From: Lachnospiraceae bacterium
Lineage (GTDB): Bacteria > Bacillota > Clostridia > Lachnospirales > Lachnospiraceae
Assembly (NCBI GenBank): GCA_015258095.1
Contig: JABZIV010000003.1
Location: forward strand, 11,021 to 75,020
Direction: 5' to 3'
DNA length: 64,000 nucleotides
A program made the translations under genes and the position numbers. The notes under the pieces are model-generated. The model searched no databases, was not told the DNA's origin, and saw only the letters and a program-made list of their open reading frames with translations. The number at the start of each line of letters is the position of its first letter. Within the stretch, counting starts at the first letter, position 1. Positions 21,149-31,215 of the stretch are shown here, in pieces.

Positions 21149-22946
21149 TCTCTTTATCCTCGGCGATGACCTGAATGTGTAAATCCAAAAGCTGCTGCGG
21201 ATCGAACACTTCCGCCGGCGCCTCCATCATGGCGTCCGATCCGTCTTTTCCTTTCGGGAATGCAATGACGTCTCGGATTGTGTCCGCACCGACCATCCAC
21301 ATCGCAAGTCTGTCCAAACCGTAAGCCAGTCCTGCATGGGGCGGCACTCCGTAACGGAACGCCTGCATAAGGAAGCCAAACTGCTCGCTCGCTCTTTCCG
21401 GTGTAAAGCCTAACTTCTCCAGCATCCTCTCCTGCACATCACTCTGATGGATTCTTACCGAACCGCCCCCGAGTTCCGTTCCGTTCAGCACGATATCATA
21501 CGCTTTTGCCCGGACTTTGGAGAGATCTTCATCCAGATATTGCAGGTCTTCTTCCATCGGCATGGTAAAGGGATGATGCATTGCCTGATAGCGTCCAAGT
21601 TCTTCAGAATACTCAAACATCGGAAACTCTGTAATCCAGAGAAACTTCCACTGTGTTTTATCAATTAAATCGAGGTCTTTTCCAAGAGCAAGACGCAATG
21701 CCCCCAGGGAATCCCATACCACATTTTTCTTTTTATCCGAAACCAGAAGTAAGAGATCGCCCTTCTCCAGCTGCGATGCGGAAATGAGCTTCTTCGCTTC
21801 CTCTTCCGAAAGGAACTTTGCAAAGGAGGACTTAACTGTTCCGTCTTCCTGTACACCGTACCATGCGAGTCCTTTCGCGTGATAGCCCTTAACCAGTTCT
21901 ACATAGGAATCGATCTTCTTTCTCGGCATTCCCGCCTCTCCCTTTACGAGAAGACCTTTTACCATACCGCCTTCCTTCACACAGTCTGAAAAGACGGAGA
22001 AGCCGCAATCCCTTACCGCTTCCGTCAAATCAAGGAGCGGCATTCCGAAGCGAAGATCCGGCTTGTCGGAACCGTAATGATTCATCGCATAGTCCCAAGT
22101 CATCCTCTGCAAAGGAAGCTGCACATCGATATGGCAGACTTCTTTGAAAAGATATTGCAAAAGACGCTCGTTAACATCCAAAACATCCTCGATATCCACA
22201 AAAGACAACTCCATATCTACCTGGGTAAATTCCGGTTGTCTGTCCGCTCTTAAATCCTCATCCCGATAGCATCTCGCCAGCTGAAAATAGCGATCCATTC
22301 CGGATACCATCAAAAGCTGCTTCAAAAGCTGGGGAGACTGTGGAAGTGCATAAAAAGTACCTCTGTGCAGTCTTGACGGCACAAGAAAATCTCTTGCTCC
22401 TTCCGGCGTCGACTTAATGAGAGTCGGTGTTTCAATCTCCAAAAAGCCGCCTTCCGACAGAAAATGGCGAATCAGCTGGGCTATCCGCGCTCTTGTCATA
22501 ATCTTCTTTGCAAGATCCGGTCTGCGGAGATCCAGATAACGATACTTTAAACGAAGGTCCTCCTTCGTCTTGGAATCCGCCTCAATCGGAAAGGGTGGCG
22601 TCTCCGACTCGGAAAGAATGCGCAGACTCTTTGCGACCAGTTCAATGTTTCCTGTGGAAAGCTCTGCATTACTATCTTTACCGCGACTTCTGATCTCTCC
22701 TTCAACCGCAATGACATACTCCTGCCGTAATGTCGCCGCCTTCGAAAAGACGTCCTTCCCACACTCCTCTTCCTCAAAAAGAATCTGTAAGATACCCGAA
22801 CGGTCACGGAGATCCGTGAAAATCAAGCCTCCTTTATTACGGGACTTTTGTACCCATCCCATCATACATACTGTCTTTCCGATGTAGCTTTCTCCGAGTT
22901 CCGCACATCTAGCCGTTCTATGTAAACCCTGCATTGACTCTGCCAT
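21141..22946 (-). CDS. aspS: aspartate--tRNA ligase
   Basis: Class II aaRS motifs with an anticodon-binding OB fold. Start set at MAESMQG, which has an AAGGGGGAG RBS; the ORF track extends to 23000. Confidence 0.95.
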   Translation of the reverse strand: MAESMQGLHRTARCAELGESYIGKTVCMMGWVQKSRNKGGLIFTDLRDRSGILQILFEEEECGKDVFSKAATLRQEYVIAVEGEIRSRGKDSNAELSTGNIELVAKSLRILSESETPPFPIEADSKTKEDLRLKYRYLDLRRPDLAKKIMTRARIAQLIRHFLSEGGFLEIETPTLIKSTPEGARDFLVPSRLHRGTFYALPQSPQLLKQLLMVSGMDRYFQLARCYRDEDLRADRQPEFTQVDMELSFVDIEDVLDVNERLLQYLFKEVCHIDVQLPLQRMTWDYAMNHYGSDKPDLRFGMPLLDLTEAVRDCGFSVFSDCVKEGGMVKGLLVKGEAGMPRKKIDSYVELVKGYHAKGLAWYGVQEDGTVKSSFAKFLSEEEAKKLISASQLEKGDLLLLVSDKKKNVVWDSLGALRLALGKDLDLIDKTQWKFLWITEFPMFEYSEELGRYQAMHHPFTMPMEEDLQYLDEDLSKVRAKAYDIVLNGTELGGGSVRIHQSDVQERMLEKLGFTPERASEQFGFLMQAFRYGVPPHAGLAYGLDRLAMWMVGADTIRDVIAFPKGKDGSDAMMEAPAEVFDPQQLLDLHIQVIAEDKESE

Positions 22947-22956
22947 ACACTCCCCC

Positions 22957-24216
22957 TTAATCAGCGTATATCTCCACAAATTCCTTATATCCTTCAGCAC
23001 TAAGCTTCTCTTTTTGGAATTTTTTATTTTTATTCATCTGCGTGAGAAGCACTACTTCTCCTCCCGCTCTTCTTTCCATAACTTCTTTCAGACAGGCGGA
23101 AAGCTTTTCTTCCGAAACCTTCTTCTCCACAAGATAAGCGACCTTACTGCCTTCCTTATCTGCTTCCGCACCCTCCAGAAGAATCCCTATGATTCTTTCA
23201 AAGCCAATGGAAAAGCCGACAGCCGGCGTATCTGTCCCGATAAACTTGCCGACCATCTTATCATATCTTCCTCCTCCGCCAATGGAACCGGAAAATAGAG
23301 GAGAACGAACTTCAAATATCGGACCGGTGTAATATCCCATTCCCCGCACGAGCGTCGGATCAAAGCGAAGAGAAATCGAAGCTTTGCTGCAATCCTCTAC
23401 CATTTTCATAATCTGATACAGATTCTCCCCGACTCCCTCTTCGAGATGCCCCCCGAGCAGCTCAGTAAGGCGCAAGATGTCCTCTTTCTCCCCTTTCACG
23501 AGAGACAGGCATTCTTCATACTTTCCGATTTGTTCCTCCGTATAAGAGAGAGAGAGTAATTCTTTCTTTACCCCATCTCTACCGATTTTGTCCTCTTTGT
23601 CCAGAACGATGGAAATCTCCTGAAACGCCTCTTCCGGAAATCCCGCATAAGCTTGCATCGCCTTTAAAATCCTTCGATCATTTAAAACGATATAAAAAGG
23701 ATACTTCTCTCCAAAGCCGATTTCTTTCAGTACGGTTCCCATCGCCATAATGAGGTCTATTTCCGAAAGATTGCTTGCATCCCCGAAGACGTCGATATCA
23801 CACTGCCAGAACTCTCTAAAACGGCCCTTCTGCGGACGGTCCGCACGAAAAACCGGTCCAATCTGCAAAGCCTTGAAAGGAGAAGGAAGAGCGGACTGAT
23901 TCTCCGCATAAAAGCGGGAAAGGGGAAGCGTTAAATCATAGCGAAGTCCCGCGTCCGAAAGGTGATCAAAATCGCCTTTTTCCAGCGCTTCCTTCCATTT
24001 CTCTCCCCTTTTCTCCACCTTGAAAATCAGTTGTTCGTTATCTCCCCCCTGCTTACTGAGGAGATTACTGAGATGTTCCATAATCGGTGTCTCGATCTCT
24101 GTGAAACCGAAGCGCGTATAGACCGATCGGATGGTGGAGAGAACCCTCTGCCTCACTTCCATTTCCTTCGGTAAAATATCTTTCATGCCGGTTACGGCTT
24201 TTTTTGTTAATGCCAT
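22957..24216 (-). CDS. hisS: histidine--tRNA ligase
   Basis: 419 aa. MALTKKAVTGMKDILPKE matches the HisS N-terminus, plus class II motifs. Confidence 0.95.
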   Translation of the reverse strand: MALTKKAVTGMKDILPKEMEVRQRVLSTIRSVYTRFGFTEIETPIMEHLSNLLSKQGGDNEQLIFKVEKRGEKWKEALEKGDFDHLSDAGLRYDLTLPLSRFYAENQSALPSPFKALQIGPVFRADRPQKGRFREFWQCDIDVFGDASNLSEIDLIMAMGTVLKEIGFGEKYPFYIVLNDRRILKAMQAYAGFPEEAFQEISIVLDKEDKIGRDGVKKELLSLSYTEEQIGKYEECLSLVKGEKEDILRLTELLGGHLEEGVGENLYQIMKMVEDCSKASISLRFDPTLVRGMGYYTGPIFEVRSPLFSGSIGGGGRYDKMVGKFIGTDTPAVGFSIGFERIIGILLEGAEADKEGSKVAYLVEKKVSEEKLSACLKEVMERRAGGEVVLLTQMNKNKKFQKEKLSAEGYKEFVEIYAD

Positions 24217-24283
24217 ACTGCCTCTCTAATCCTTTTAAACTGTTTTTATAAAATTGTCCATGCCGAGAAATCGCCCGTCTCCG

Positions 24284-25585
24284 CTAATCTTTTCTTCTCG
24301 AAAAAGAGGAGTCCCTGTTCTTTAAATAGGCCGCCATCTCGGGGTCAACGTCTAAAGTCGCAAAGTAATCCGTATCCCGCTCCGGTCTTCGAATCATCTT
24401 CACGCTTCCGTCCGACTTTAGCAAAAGCTCTGCGCTCCAAAGCTTACCGTTATAATTGTATCCCATTGCAAAACCGTGCGCTCCGGCATCATGGATAAAG
24501 AGAAGATCGCCTTTCTCCAGACAGGGCAATTCCCGGTTCTTGGCAAACTTGTCGTTATTTTCACAAAGGGAACCGACCACATCATAGACTTTCTTCTCGC
24601 TGGCATCTTCTTTTCCGAGTACGGTGATATGATGGTACGCATCGTAAATCGCCGGTCGCATCAGATTTGCCGCACAGGCATCCACGCCGGCATAGTGCCT
24701 GTACGTCTCTTTAAAATGAATCACCTTGGTAACGAGTGCCCCGTGCGGTCCTAAAATATACCGTCCCAGTTCCGTACAAAGTCGAACATCCGTGATTCCA
24801 TTTTTAACCAGAACTTCCTCATAAACCTCTCTCACCCGTTCTCCAATCAGCAGGATATCATTTTCCTCCTGTTCAGGGCGATAGGGAATCCCGACTCCAC
24901 CGGAAAGATTGACAAATTCCAGCTGAACGCCGGTCTCCTGTTTTATTTTCACAAGCAGAGAGAACAGCTGCTTTGCCAGCGTCGGATAGTAGTCATTGCT
25001 CACTGTATTGGAAGCCAGGAATGCATGAATTCCAAAATGCTCCACTCCTCTATCCTTTAAAAGACGATAGCCTTCAATAATCTGTGCTTCCGTCATGCCA
25101 TACTTCGCGTCTTCCGGATTGTCCATAATGGTATTTCCAATACTGAAGTATCCGCCGGGATTAAAACGCAGACTCATGGTTTTCGGTAATACACCCAAAA
25201 TATTGCTGACTTCTTCGATGTTCGTAAAATCATCCAGATTAATGATGCCGCCAAGTTGATTACAGAATAAATACTCCGGATCCGGTGTATCGTTCGAAGA
25301 AAACATAATCTCCTCTCCGGAAAATCCGCAGGCTTCCGCGAGACTGAGTTCCGGCGCCGAAGAACAGTCCACCCCGCAACCCTCTTCTTTTAAAATACGA
25401 AGAATTGCGGGAGTCGGTGTCGCTTTAATCGCAAAATACTCTTTATAGCCTTTATTCCAGGAAAATGCTTTGTACAGTTTTCGTACTGTCTCACGGATTC
25501 CTTTCTCATCATAAAGATAGAAAGGCGTGGGATAACGCTCCTCTATTTCCTTCGCTTTTCGATAATCCACAAACGGCTTCTTCAT
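24284..25585 (-). CDS. lysA: PLP-dependent fold-III decarboxylase, diaminopimelate decarboxylase-like
   Basis: AIKATP PLP-lysine motif, LSGGVGIPY glycine loop, SLCENND (CExxD) motif. Specific substrate not certain. Confidence 0.6.
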   Translation of the reverse strand: MKKPFVDYRKAKEIEERYPTPFYLYDEKGIRETVRKLYKAFSWNKGYKEYFAIKATPTPAILRILKEEGCGVDCSSAPELSLAEACGFSGEEIMFSSNDTPDPEYLFCNQLGGIINLDDFTNIEEVSNILGVLPKTMSLRFNPGGYFSIGNTIMDNPEDAKYGMTEAQIIEGYRLLKDRGVEHFGIHAFLASNTVSNDYYPTLAKQLFSLLVKIKQETGVQLEFVNLSGGVGIPYRPEQEENDILLIGERVREVYEEVLVKNGITDVRLCTELGRYILGPHGALVTKVIHFKETYRHYAGVDACAANLMRPAIYDAYHHITVLGKEDASEKKVYDVVGSLCENNDKFAKNRELPCLEKGDLLFIHDAGAHGFAMGYNYNGKLWSAELLLKSDGSVKMIRRPERDTDYFATLDVDPEMAAYLKNRDSSFSRRKD

Positions 25586-25711
25586 CTCTTACTCCTTTAC
25601 AGCAGTTAACCCCCTACCTTCTTTTATAAACCCGGTTTCCAAAGGAACTAGACCATAGAACTTTCGTCCTTCTTCCTATCCTAATCCCCTGTTTTCCAAA
25701 TCTATCGGGCA

Positions 25712-25752
25712 TTAAAAAAAGTCCACTCTATCTTAAACAAGCTAGAGGGACT
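25712..25752 (-). terminator. intrinsic terminator after pyk (hairpin flanked by A-run and T-run, potentially bidirectional)
   Basis: AGTCCACTCTA...TAGAGGGACT inverted repeat at 25720-25752, flanked by AAAAAAA upstream and TTTTC downstream on the plus strand. Confidence 0.55.
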
Positions 25753-25766
25753 TTTCAAGTAAAATC

Positions 25767-27200
25767 CTAGTCTACTTTAATGACCCGCATGATATTCGTT
25801 CCGGTAGGCGCCTGCTGCTTCTGCAAACGAGAAAGAACACCCGCAGTAATGACACAGAGGTCACCGCTCTTTAAGAGTTTCCGCTCTTTCAGTTCTTCCA
25901 CGGAACTTTCAAAAAGCTCATCCGTCGTCTCTGCTCTTCTTGCCCAAATCGGCGTCACACCCCAGAACAACATCATCTGTCTCGTCACGGTCTGACTCGG
26001 GGAAAGCGCATAAATCGGAGTAATGGGACGATACTTGGAAATCATGGACGCGGTAATGCCGGAAAGAGTGGAAGCCACAATAGCCGTAGCCTTGAGTTCG
26101 GAAGCGGTCGTAACCGATGCGGCACACATCGCATTGCCGATACTTTCATACATGGTCTTCTCCACCATTCTGGTCTTAAACTGCTTATAATTCAGGAACT
26201 GCTCGGTATACTCCACAATGGAAGCCATGGTTCTTGCCGCTTCTACCGGATATTTTCCGTTTGCGGACTCTCCGGAAAGCATAACCGCATCCGTGCCGTC
26301 GTAAACCGCATTCGCTACGTCTGTCACTTCCGCTCTGGTCGGACGCGGATTCCGAATCATGGAATCCAGCATCTGGGTTGCTGTAATCACCAGCTTTCCA
26401 TGGTAATTACACTTCTGGATGATTTCCTTCTGGAGCTGCGGAATCCGCTTTGCATCAATCTCTACACCCAGATCCCCTCTGGCAAGCATAATACCGTCGG
26501 ACGCTTCAATAATCTCATCAATATTGTCCAGGCCTTCCTGAGACTCAATCTTTGAAATAATCTTCATCTGCGAACCGCCATCCGTCAGAATCTTTCGAAT
26601 CTGTCTTACCGCATCCGCGGAACGGATGAAGGAAGCCGCCACGAAGTCAAACTCTTCCTGAATACCGAACTTCAAGTCTTCGATATCTTTATCGGTAATG
26701 GAAGGCAACTGAATGGGCACGCCGGGCACGTTGACACCCTTCTTCTCTCCCAGCTCTCCGCCGTTTGTTACCTTACATTGAATCTCAACGCCGTTTACCG
26801 CTTCCACTTCCAAACCGATCAAACCGTCATCAATCAAAATGACATTTCCGGGCTTTACGTCCTCATGTAACTTGTCATAGTTGATGTAGATCTTCTCCTT
26901 TGTTCCCACTACCTCTTCCGTCGTAAGAACAATCTTTTCTCCTTCTCTCAGTGTAATCTTCTGTCCATCCTTTAAAAGGCCGGTTCGGATTTCCGGTCCC
27001 TTCGTATCGAGAAGTGCCGCAATGGGGCGTCCCAACTCTTTTCTGAGTTTACGCAGTTTCTCCAGTCTGCTGAGGTGCTCCTCATGATCTCCATGAGAAA
27101 AATTGAAACGGGCGACATCCATCGTCTCCGCTAAAGCCTTCATCACCTCGTAATCATTTTCATTCGGTCCCATCGTACAAACAATCTTTGTTCTTCTCAT
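25767..27200 (-). CDS. pyk: pyruvate kinase
   Basis: 477 aa. MRRTKIVCTMGP N-terminus and canonical PK motifs. Confidence 0.95.
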   Translation of the reverse strand: MRRTKIVCTMGPNENDYEVMKALAETMDVARFNFSHGDHEEHLSRLEKLRKLRKELGRPIAALLDTKGPEIRTGLLKDGQKITLREGEKIVLTTEEVVGTKEKIYINYDKLHEDVKPGNVILIDDGLIGLEVEAVNGVEIQCKVTNGGELGEKKGVNVPGVPIQLPSITDKDIEDLKFGIQEEFDFVAASFIRSADAVRQIRKILTDGGSQMKIISKIESQEGLDNIDEIIEASDGIMLARGDLGVEIDAKRIPQLQKEIIQKCNYHGKLVITATQMLDSMIRNPRPTRAEVTDVANAVYDGTDAVMLSGESANGKYPVEAARTMASIVEYTEQFLNYKQFKTRMVEKTMYESIGNAMCAASVTTASELKATAIVASTLSGITASMISKYRPITPIYALSPSQTVTRQMMLFWGVTPIWARRAETTDELFESSVEELKERKLLKSGDLCVITAGVLSRLQKQQAPTGTNIMRVIKVD

Positions 27201-27308
27201 TTTCTCTCTCCTTCATCTATTCATCTTGTTCCACTAACTCTATACATCGACAAAAAGCTGAATCTCTAAAGCTTTTCCCCGTTATACAACTTTTTCGAAT
27301 AAAATGCA

Positions 27309-27965
27309 CTATCGGTAATTCCGTATATTAAATATATTTTTTCTTCTTCCCTGATGCATGAGAAGGAAGAAAAGCAACACATTGAGAAACGACAAAAGGA
27401 TGGAAAGCCGCTCTCCCGCGCTTTGACTAACCAGTAGAAAATACAGATAAAGCACCGTCTCAAAAAGCGCCAGATACTTTGCTTTAATCGGAATGAAAAA
27501 GTAAAGGTAAAACACGGTATCCGGTAAGGTTAAAGAATACGCCAGGAAGATGCTGAATCCCATATAGGTCGGATTTAACTGTAAGGAAACGCCGGTCAGA
27601 AGAAAAATCAGAATGCCTGCCACATTATAGAGAAGCACTCCGGAAAAGAAGAAGAAATTATAGCGGAAATTCCCCCATAAATATTCCAGACTGTTCCCTA
27701 TGCTGTAATAAACCATAATCCCGATGATTGCCCAGAAGATGGAACTAAAGCCATAGGATGCGGGATAATAGATTAAAAAAGTTAAAACCCGCCAGATATG
27801 TCCATGCAGAATAGCCTCCGGATCCAAATCCAGATAATAAAAATAAAACTCCGGTGCAAAGAGCTGAATTAAAAAGCCCACCGCATACATCACACAGATA
27901 TATTTCATTAAATTCGGAATCGTGTATCTTCCGAACTTTCTTTCCAAACGTTCTAAAATGCTCAT
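27309..27965 (-). CDS. hypothetical polytopic membrane protein
   Basis: 218 aa, 6-7 hydrophobic helices, aromatic-rich. No family assigned. Confidence 0.4.
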   Translation of the reverse strand: MSILERLERKFGRYTIPNLMKYICVMYAVGFLIQLFAPEFYFYYLDLDPEAILHGHIWRVLTFLIYYPASYGFSSIFWAIIGIMVYYSIGNSLEYLWGNFRYNFFFFSGVLLYNVAGILIFLLTGVSLQLNPTYMGFSIFLAYSLTLPDTVFYLYFFIPIKAKYLALFETVLYLYFLLVSQSAGERLSILLSFLNVLLFFLLMHQGRRKNIFNIRNYR

Positions 27966-28168
27966 AAATCACCCTTATCCATCCGTGTTTCTTAAAAACA
28001 CGTGAAAGTATACTTGCACTCTGCCGTTTTTTCAAGCACCGCCAAGGGATTTTATATGATAAGATAGATTCCTGTGTGGGCCTTCTTTCCGGGAAGATAC
28101 CGGAAGTCTAAGAACGGCAAGAGAATAGGAACAGGAATGAATCCGCTGAAAAAGGGACAGGAAAAAAG

Positions 28169-29011
28169 ATGAAAAACAATACTTCAACAAGAAAACAGGA
28201 CGCACTCCTCCTTTTAAGCGATGCGCCCTCTTACGGCACTGTAGCCTTAAAAATGAGTGAAGCAGTCCTTCGCAGGATGCATTACGAGGTTTTTTCTCTC
28301 CCGACCGCTTTAATTTCCAATACACTGAATTTCGGAAAGACGGAAATTCTGGATACCACGGCGTATTTATTCCGAAGTCTTTCAGTCTGGAAAGAACTCG
28401 GTTTCGACTACTCCGCACTCTTCCTCGGTTTCGTAAACGGACTCGCTCAGGCGGAACAGCTCTACCAACTGGCTAAAGAAGAAAAAGAAAAAGGAAAGTC
28501 CATCTTCTTTGACCCCGTTATGGCGGACGGAGGAAAGCTCTATCACGGTTTAACGGGGGAGGATGTCCTTTCCAGAAAGAAACTGATGGCCGTTTCCGAC
28601 TGTATATTTCCGAATAAGACAGAAGCCTGCCTCCTTGCCGGGAGAAAAACGGTACCGGTAGATTTCTGTCCGGAGGAAGCAAAAGACCTCGTGAAGTCTC
28701 TCGCGAATGCCGGTGCAAAAGATATCTGCATCACCAGTATGCGTATCCAAGGGGAAAGTTGTATCTTTCTCTACGAAGAAAAAACACAAAGCTTTTACAC
28801 GATTCCCTATAAGGAAAGAAACCTCTCCCTCGGAGGGACCGGCGACCTCTTCTCCTCTCTTTTTATCGGAAAATATTTGGAAGAGGAAGCGCTCCTTCCC
28901 GCAGGAAAATGGGCAATCGAAAATATCGGAAGAATTCTCGACGCTTTTCTAAGCGAAAACGGCAAAGAAAAAACGATTCCCATCGAACTTTACTTGCAGT
29001 TGATATCCTAG
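28169..29011 (+). CDS. pdxK: pyridoxal/pyridoxamine kinase (ribokinase superfamily)
   Basis: PdxK/PdxY-like N-terminal region and GTGDLFSSL anion-hole motif. 280 aa. Confidence 0.75.
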   Translation: MKNNTSTRKQDALLLLSDAPSYGTVALKMSEAVLRRMHYEVFSLPTALISNTLNFGKTEILDTTAYLFRSLSVWKELGFDYSALFLGFVNGLAQAEQLYQLAKEEKEKGKSIFFDPVMADGGKLYHGLTGEDVLSRKKLMAVSDCIFPNKTEACLLAGRKTVPVDFCPEEAKDLVKSLANAGAKDICITSMRIQGESCIFLYEEKTQSFYTIPYKERNLSLGGTGDLFSSLFIGKYLEEEALLPAGKWAIENIGRILDAFLSENGKEKTIPIELYLQLIS

Positions 29012-29682
29012 TCTGTCACCGTATCGACTCCCACTTCCGGGAGTTTCTCCACTTCCAAAGCTTCGATATAATAAATTTTCTGCGAGAGTTCTTTCGATAT
29101 GGCATAAGTGCCTTCCCGAAGAATCCCCTTCACTCTGATCCAGGATTCTTCCGATTTCAAATTCGATAAATCCAAATCGGTCTTAAACTCGAAGTTGACA
29201 TACCCTCCGGTACAATAAGGGCAGGAAGGACCCATGCGTCCAACCAGCGTATAGCCTCCAAAATTCATATAGTAGCCGTCTATGCTCACTGTCTTCCCCA
29301 CATAATTCTGGAAATTCATATACCAATCATTGATCTGGGTTGCATAGTGTTGATCTCCGACCACAATATCCGGTTTCTCAAGAGAAACCTTCTTCCGATC
29401 TTCTTTCGGGTCAAAGGGATAGTCATCATGCGGATAGGCTGCATCGGCTGATGCGGAACTCTCCTTCCCGTATTCTTTGTCCAAAGATTCCTGCTCTTTC
29501 TGTTCCAGACTTTCCAATTCATGCGCCTGCGACTCCGCCTCTTTCTCGGACAGGGTAGTACTCTTTTCGCTCTCCTTACCAGAGACCTTCCGAATCGTCT
29601 CCGTCTTTTTACAAGATTGTAAGAGCAAAGCCAAAAGAAGCACAAAAGCTATTTTCAAAAAATTTTTTCGGGAAAAAACCAT
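29008..29682 (-). CDS. lipoprotein (signal peptide with lipobox LLQSC), last gene of the zur-znuACB operon
   Basis: N-terminus MVFSRKNFLKIAFVLLLALLLQSCKK. Acidic linker followed by a C-terminal domain with a CPYCTGG motif. Confidence 0.55.
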   Translation of the reverse strand: MVFSRKNFLKIAFVLLLALLLQSCKKTETIRKVSGKESEKSTTLSEKEAESQAHELESLEQKEQESLDKEYGKESSASADAAYPHDDYPFDPKEDRKKVSLEKPDIVVGDQHYATQINDWYMNFQNYVGKTVSIDGYYMNFGGYTLVGRMGPSCPYCTGGYVNFEFKTDLDLSNLKSEESWIRVKGILREGTYAISKELSQKIYYIEALEVEKLPEVGVDTVTD

Positions 29683-29687
29683 CTTTC

Positions 29688-30512
29688 TTACCCCCTTCGA
29701 TTCCGAAGCATTTCCACCAGAAGAAAAAGGAAAAATAAAAGCATATCTATAATCACGATGGAGGCTCCCGTCGGAATATTGTAGAGATAAGACAGGCTGA
29801 TTCCCACAAGAAAGCCGAAGAGAGAAAGCCCCGTTGCAAGAAGAATGGTGGATAGAAAATTCTTGCTCACCCGCATCGCCGTGATGGAAGGAAATACAAT
29901 CAAGCTGGAAATCAGGAGCGTCCCCATCATACGCATCCCGAGTACAATCGTGATAGAGGTCAGGAAAGCCAGAACCATATTATAAAAGCGGGTATTCGTT
30001 CCGCTCGCCTTCGCAAAAGTCTCATCAAAGGTTACCGCAAAGATACGCGGATAAAACAAGATGTAAAGCAATACCACCATCACGGAAAGAACCACGGATA
30101 AGCGCAAATCGGAAGGGCTTATGGCAAGGACGGATCCGAACATATAGTTGCAAACATCCGTATTCATCCCCGTGGTGAGAGAAACCGTCATCACTCCAAT
30201 TGCCAAAGCGCCGCTGCATAGCAGTGCTGTCGCCGCATCTCCCTTTATCTTCGAACTTTCCTCCAGTTGCAAGAGAAAAAATGCTGCAAGCACACAGACC
30301 GGAATCGATACGGACATAGGGGTAAGCTGCATTGCATAAGCAATGGCAAGCGCGGCAAATCCCACATGAGAAAGTCCATCTCCAATCATGGAATAGCGTT
30401 TCAAGACAAGACTCGTTCCAAGGAGCGCGGAGCAAAGGGAAACCAAACCGCCGACAACAATGGCGCGAATCATAAAATCGTAGTGCAACATCGTGCGTAA
30501 TGAATCAAGCAT
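29688..30512 (-). CDS. znuB: metal (zinc) ABC transporter permease
   Basis: 274 aa, ZnuB/TroCD-like TM pattern. Adjacent to an ATPase and a substrate-binding protein. Confidence 0.85.
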   Translation of the reverse strand: MLDSLRTMLHYDFMIRAIVVGGLVSLCSALLGTSLVLKRYSMIGDGLSHVGFAALAIAYAMQLTPMSVSIPVCVLAAFFLLQLEESSKIKGDAATALLCSGALAIGVMTVSLTTGMNTDVCNYMFGSVLAISPSDLRLSVVLSVMVVLLYILFYPRIFAVTFDETFAKASGTNTRFYNMVLAFLTSITIVLGMRMMGTLLISSLIVFPSITAMRVSKNFLSTILLATGLSLFGFLVGISLSYLYNIPTGASIVIIDMLLFFLFLLVEMLRNRRG

Positions 30513-31215
30513 GGTCTTCCTCCTTTACGAGGAGCTTTCCCCAGCTGGAAGCAAGGTACGCTTCCGCACTGCCGAAGAAGAGCTGCTTTCCATCCAAATG
30601 CAGAATGGTCTTTGCTCTTTCCACTACTTCTCTAATATCATGAGAAACCATGATAATCGTCATCCCCTTCTCTCTATTCAAACTTTCCAGCATGGCGTAC
30701 AGTTCCTTTTGTGCCAGCGGATCCAGTCCGGCAACCGGTTCATCCACAACAAGGAGCTTCTGACTTGCAGCGAGGGCTCTCGCAAGGAGAACCCTCTGTC
30801 GCTGCCCGCCGGACAATTCACGGAAACAGGCATTCTTCAAATCTTCTATTTTTAAATATGCCATCGCATCCAGTGCCGCTTTCTTATCTTCTTTTCTATA
30901 AAAAGGAAAGAACGAAAGTTTATTCAATCTACCCGACTCTACTACCTCATAACAGCTGGCAGGAAAATCCTTCTGGTTCTCCGTCTGTTGGGGAAGATAG
31001 CCGATTTCATTGGCTTTCAGACCGTCTCCAAATAAAATCTCTCCCTCACTCACTTTCTTGAGTCCCAAAAGTCCCTTTAAGAGGGTACTTTTTCCTGCTC
31101 CGTTTTCCCCTACAATGCAAAGGTAGTCTCCTTTTTCCACAGAGAAGTGAATTCCGCCGAGAACCTTCTTCCCCTCATAAGAAAATCCAACATTGTTCAG
31201 GGATATATATGCCAT
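30505..31215 (-). CDS. znuC: metal (zinc) ABC transporter ATP-binding protein
   Basis: Walker A GENGAGKST, signature LSGGQRQRV, Walker B LLVVDEP. Confidence 0.85.
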   Translation of the reverse strand: MAYISLNNVGFSYEGKKVLGGIHFSVEKGDYLCIVGENGAGKSTLLKGLLGLKKVSEGEILFGDGLKANEIGYLPQQTENQKDFPASCYEVVESGRLNKLSFFPFYRKEDKKAALDAMAYLKIEDLKNACFRELSGGQRQRVLLARALAASQKLLVVDEPVAGLDPLAQKELYAMLESLNREKGMTIIMVSHDIREVVERAKTILHLDGKQLFFGSAEAYLASSWGKLLVKEEDHA

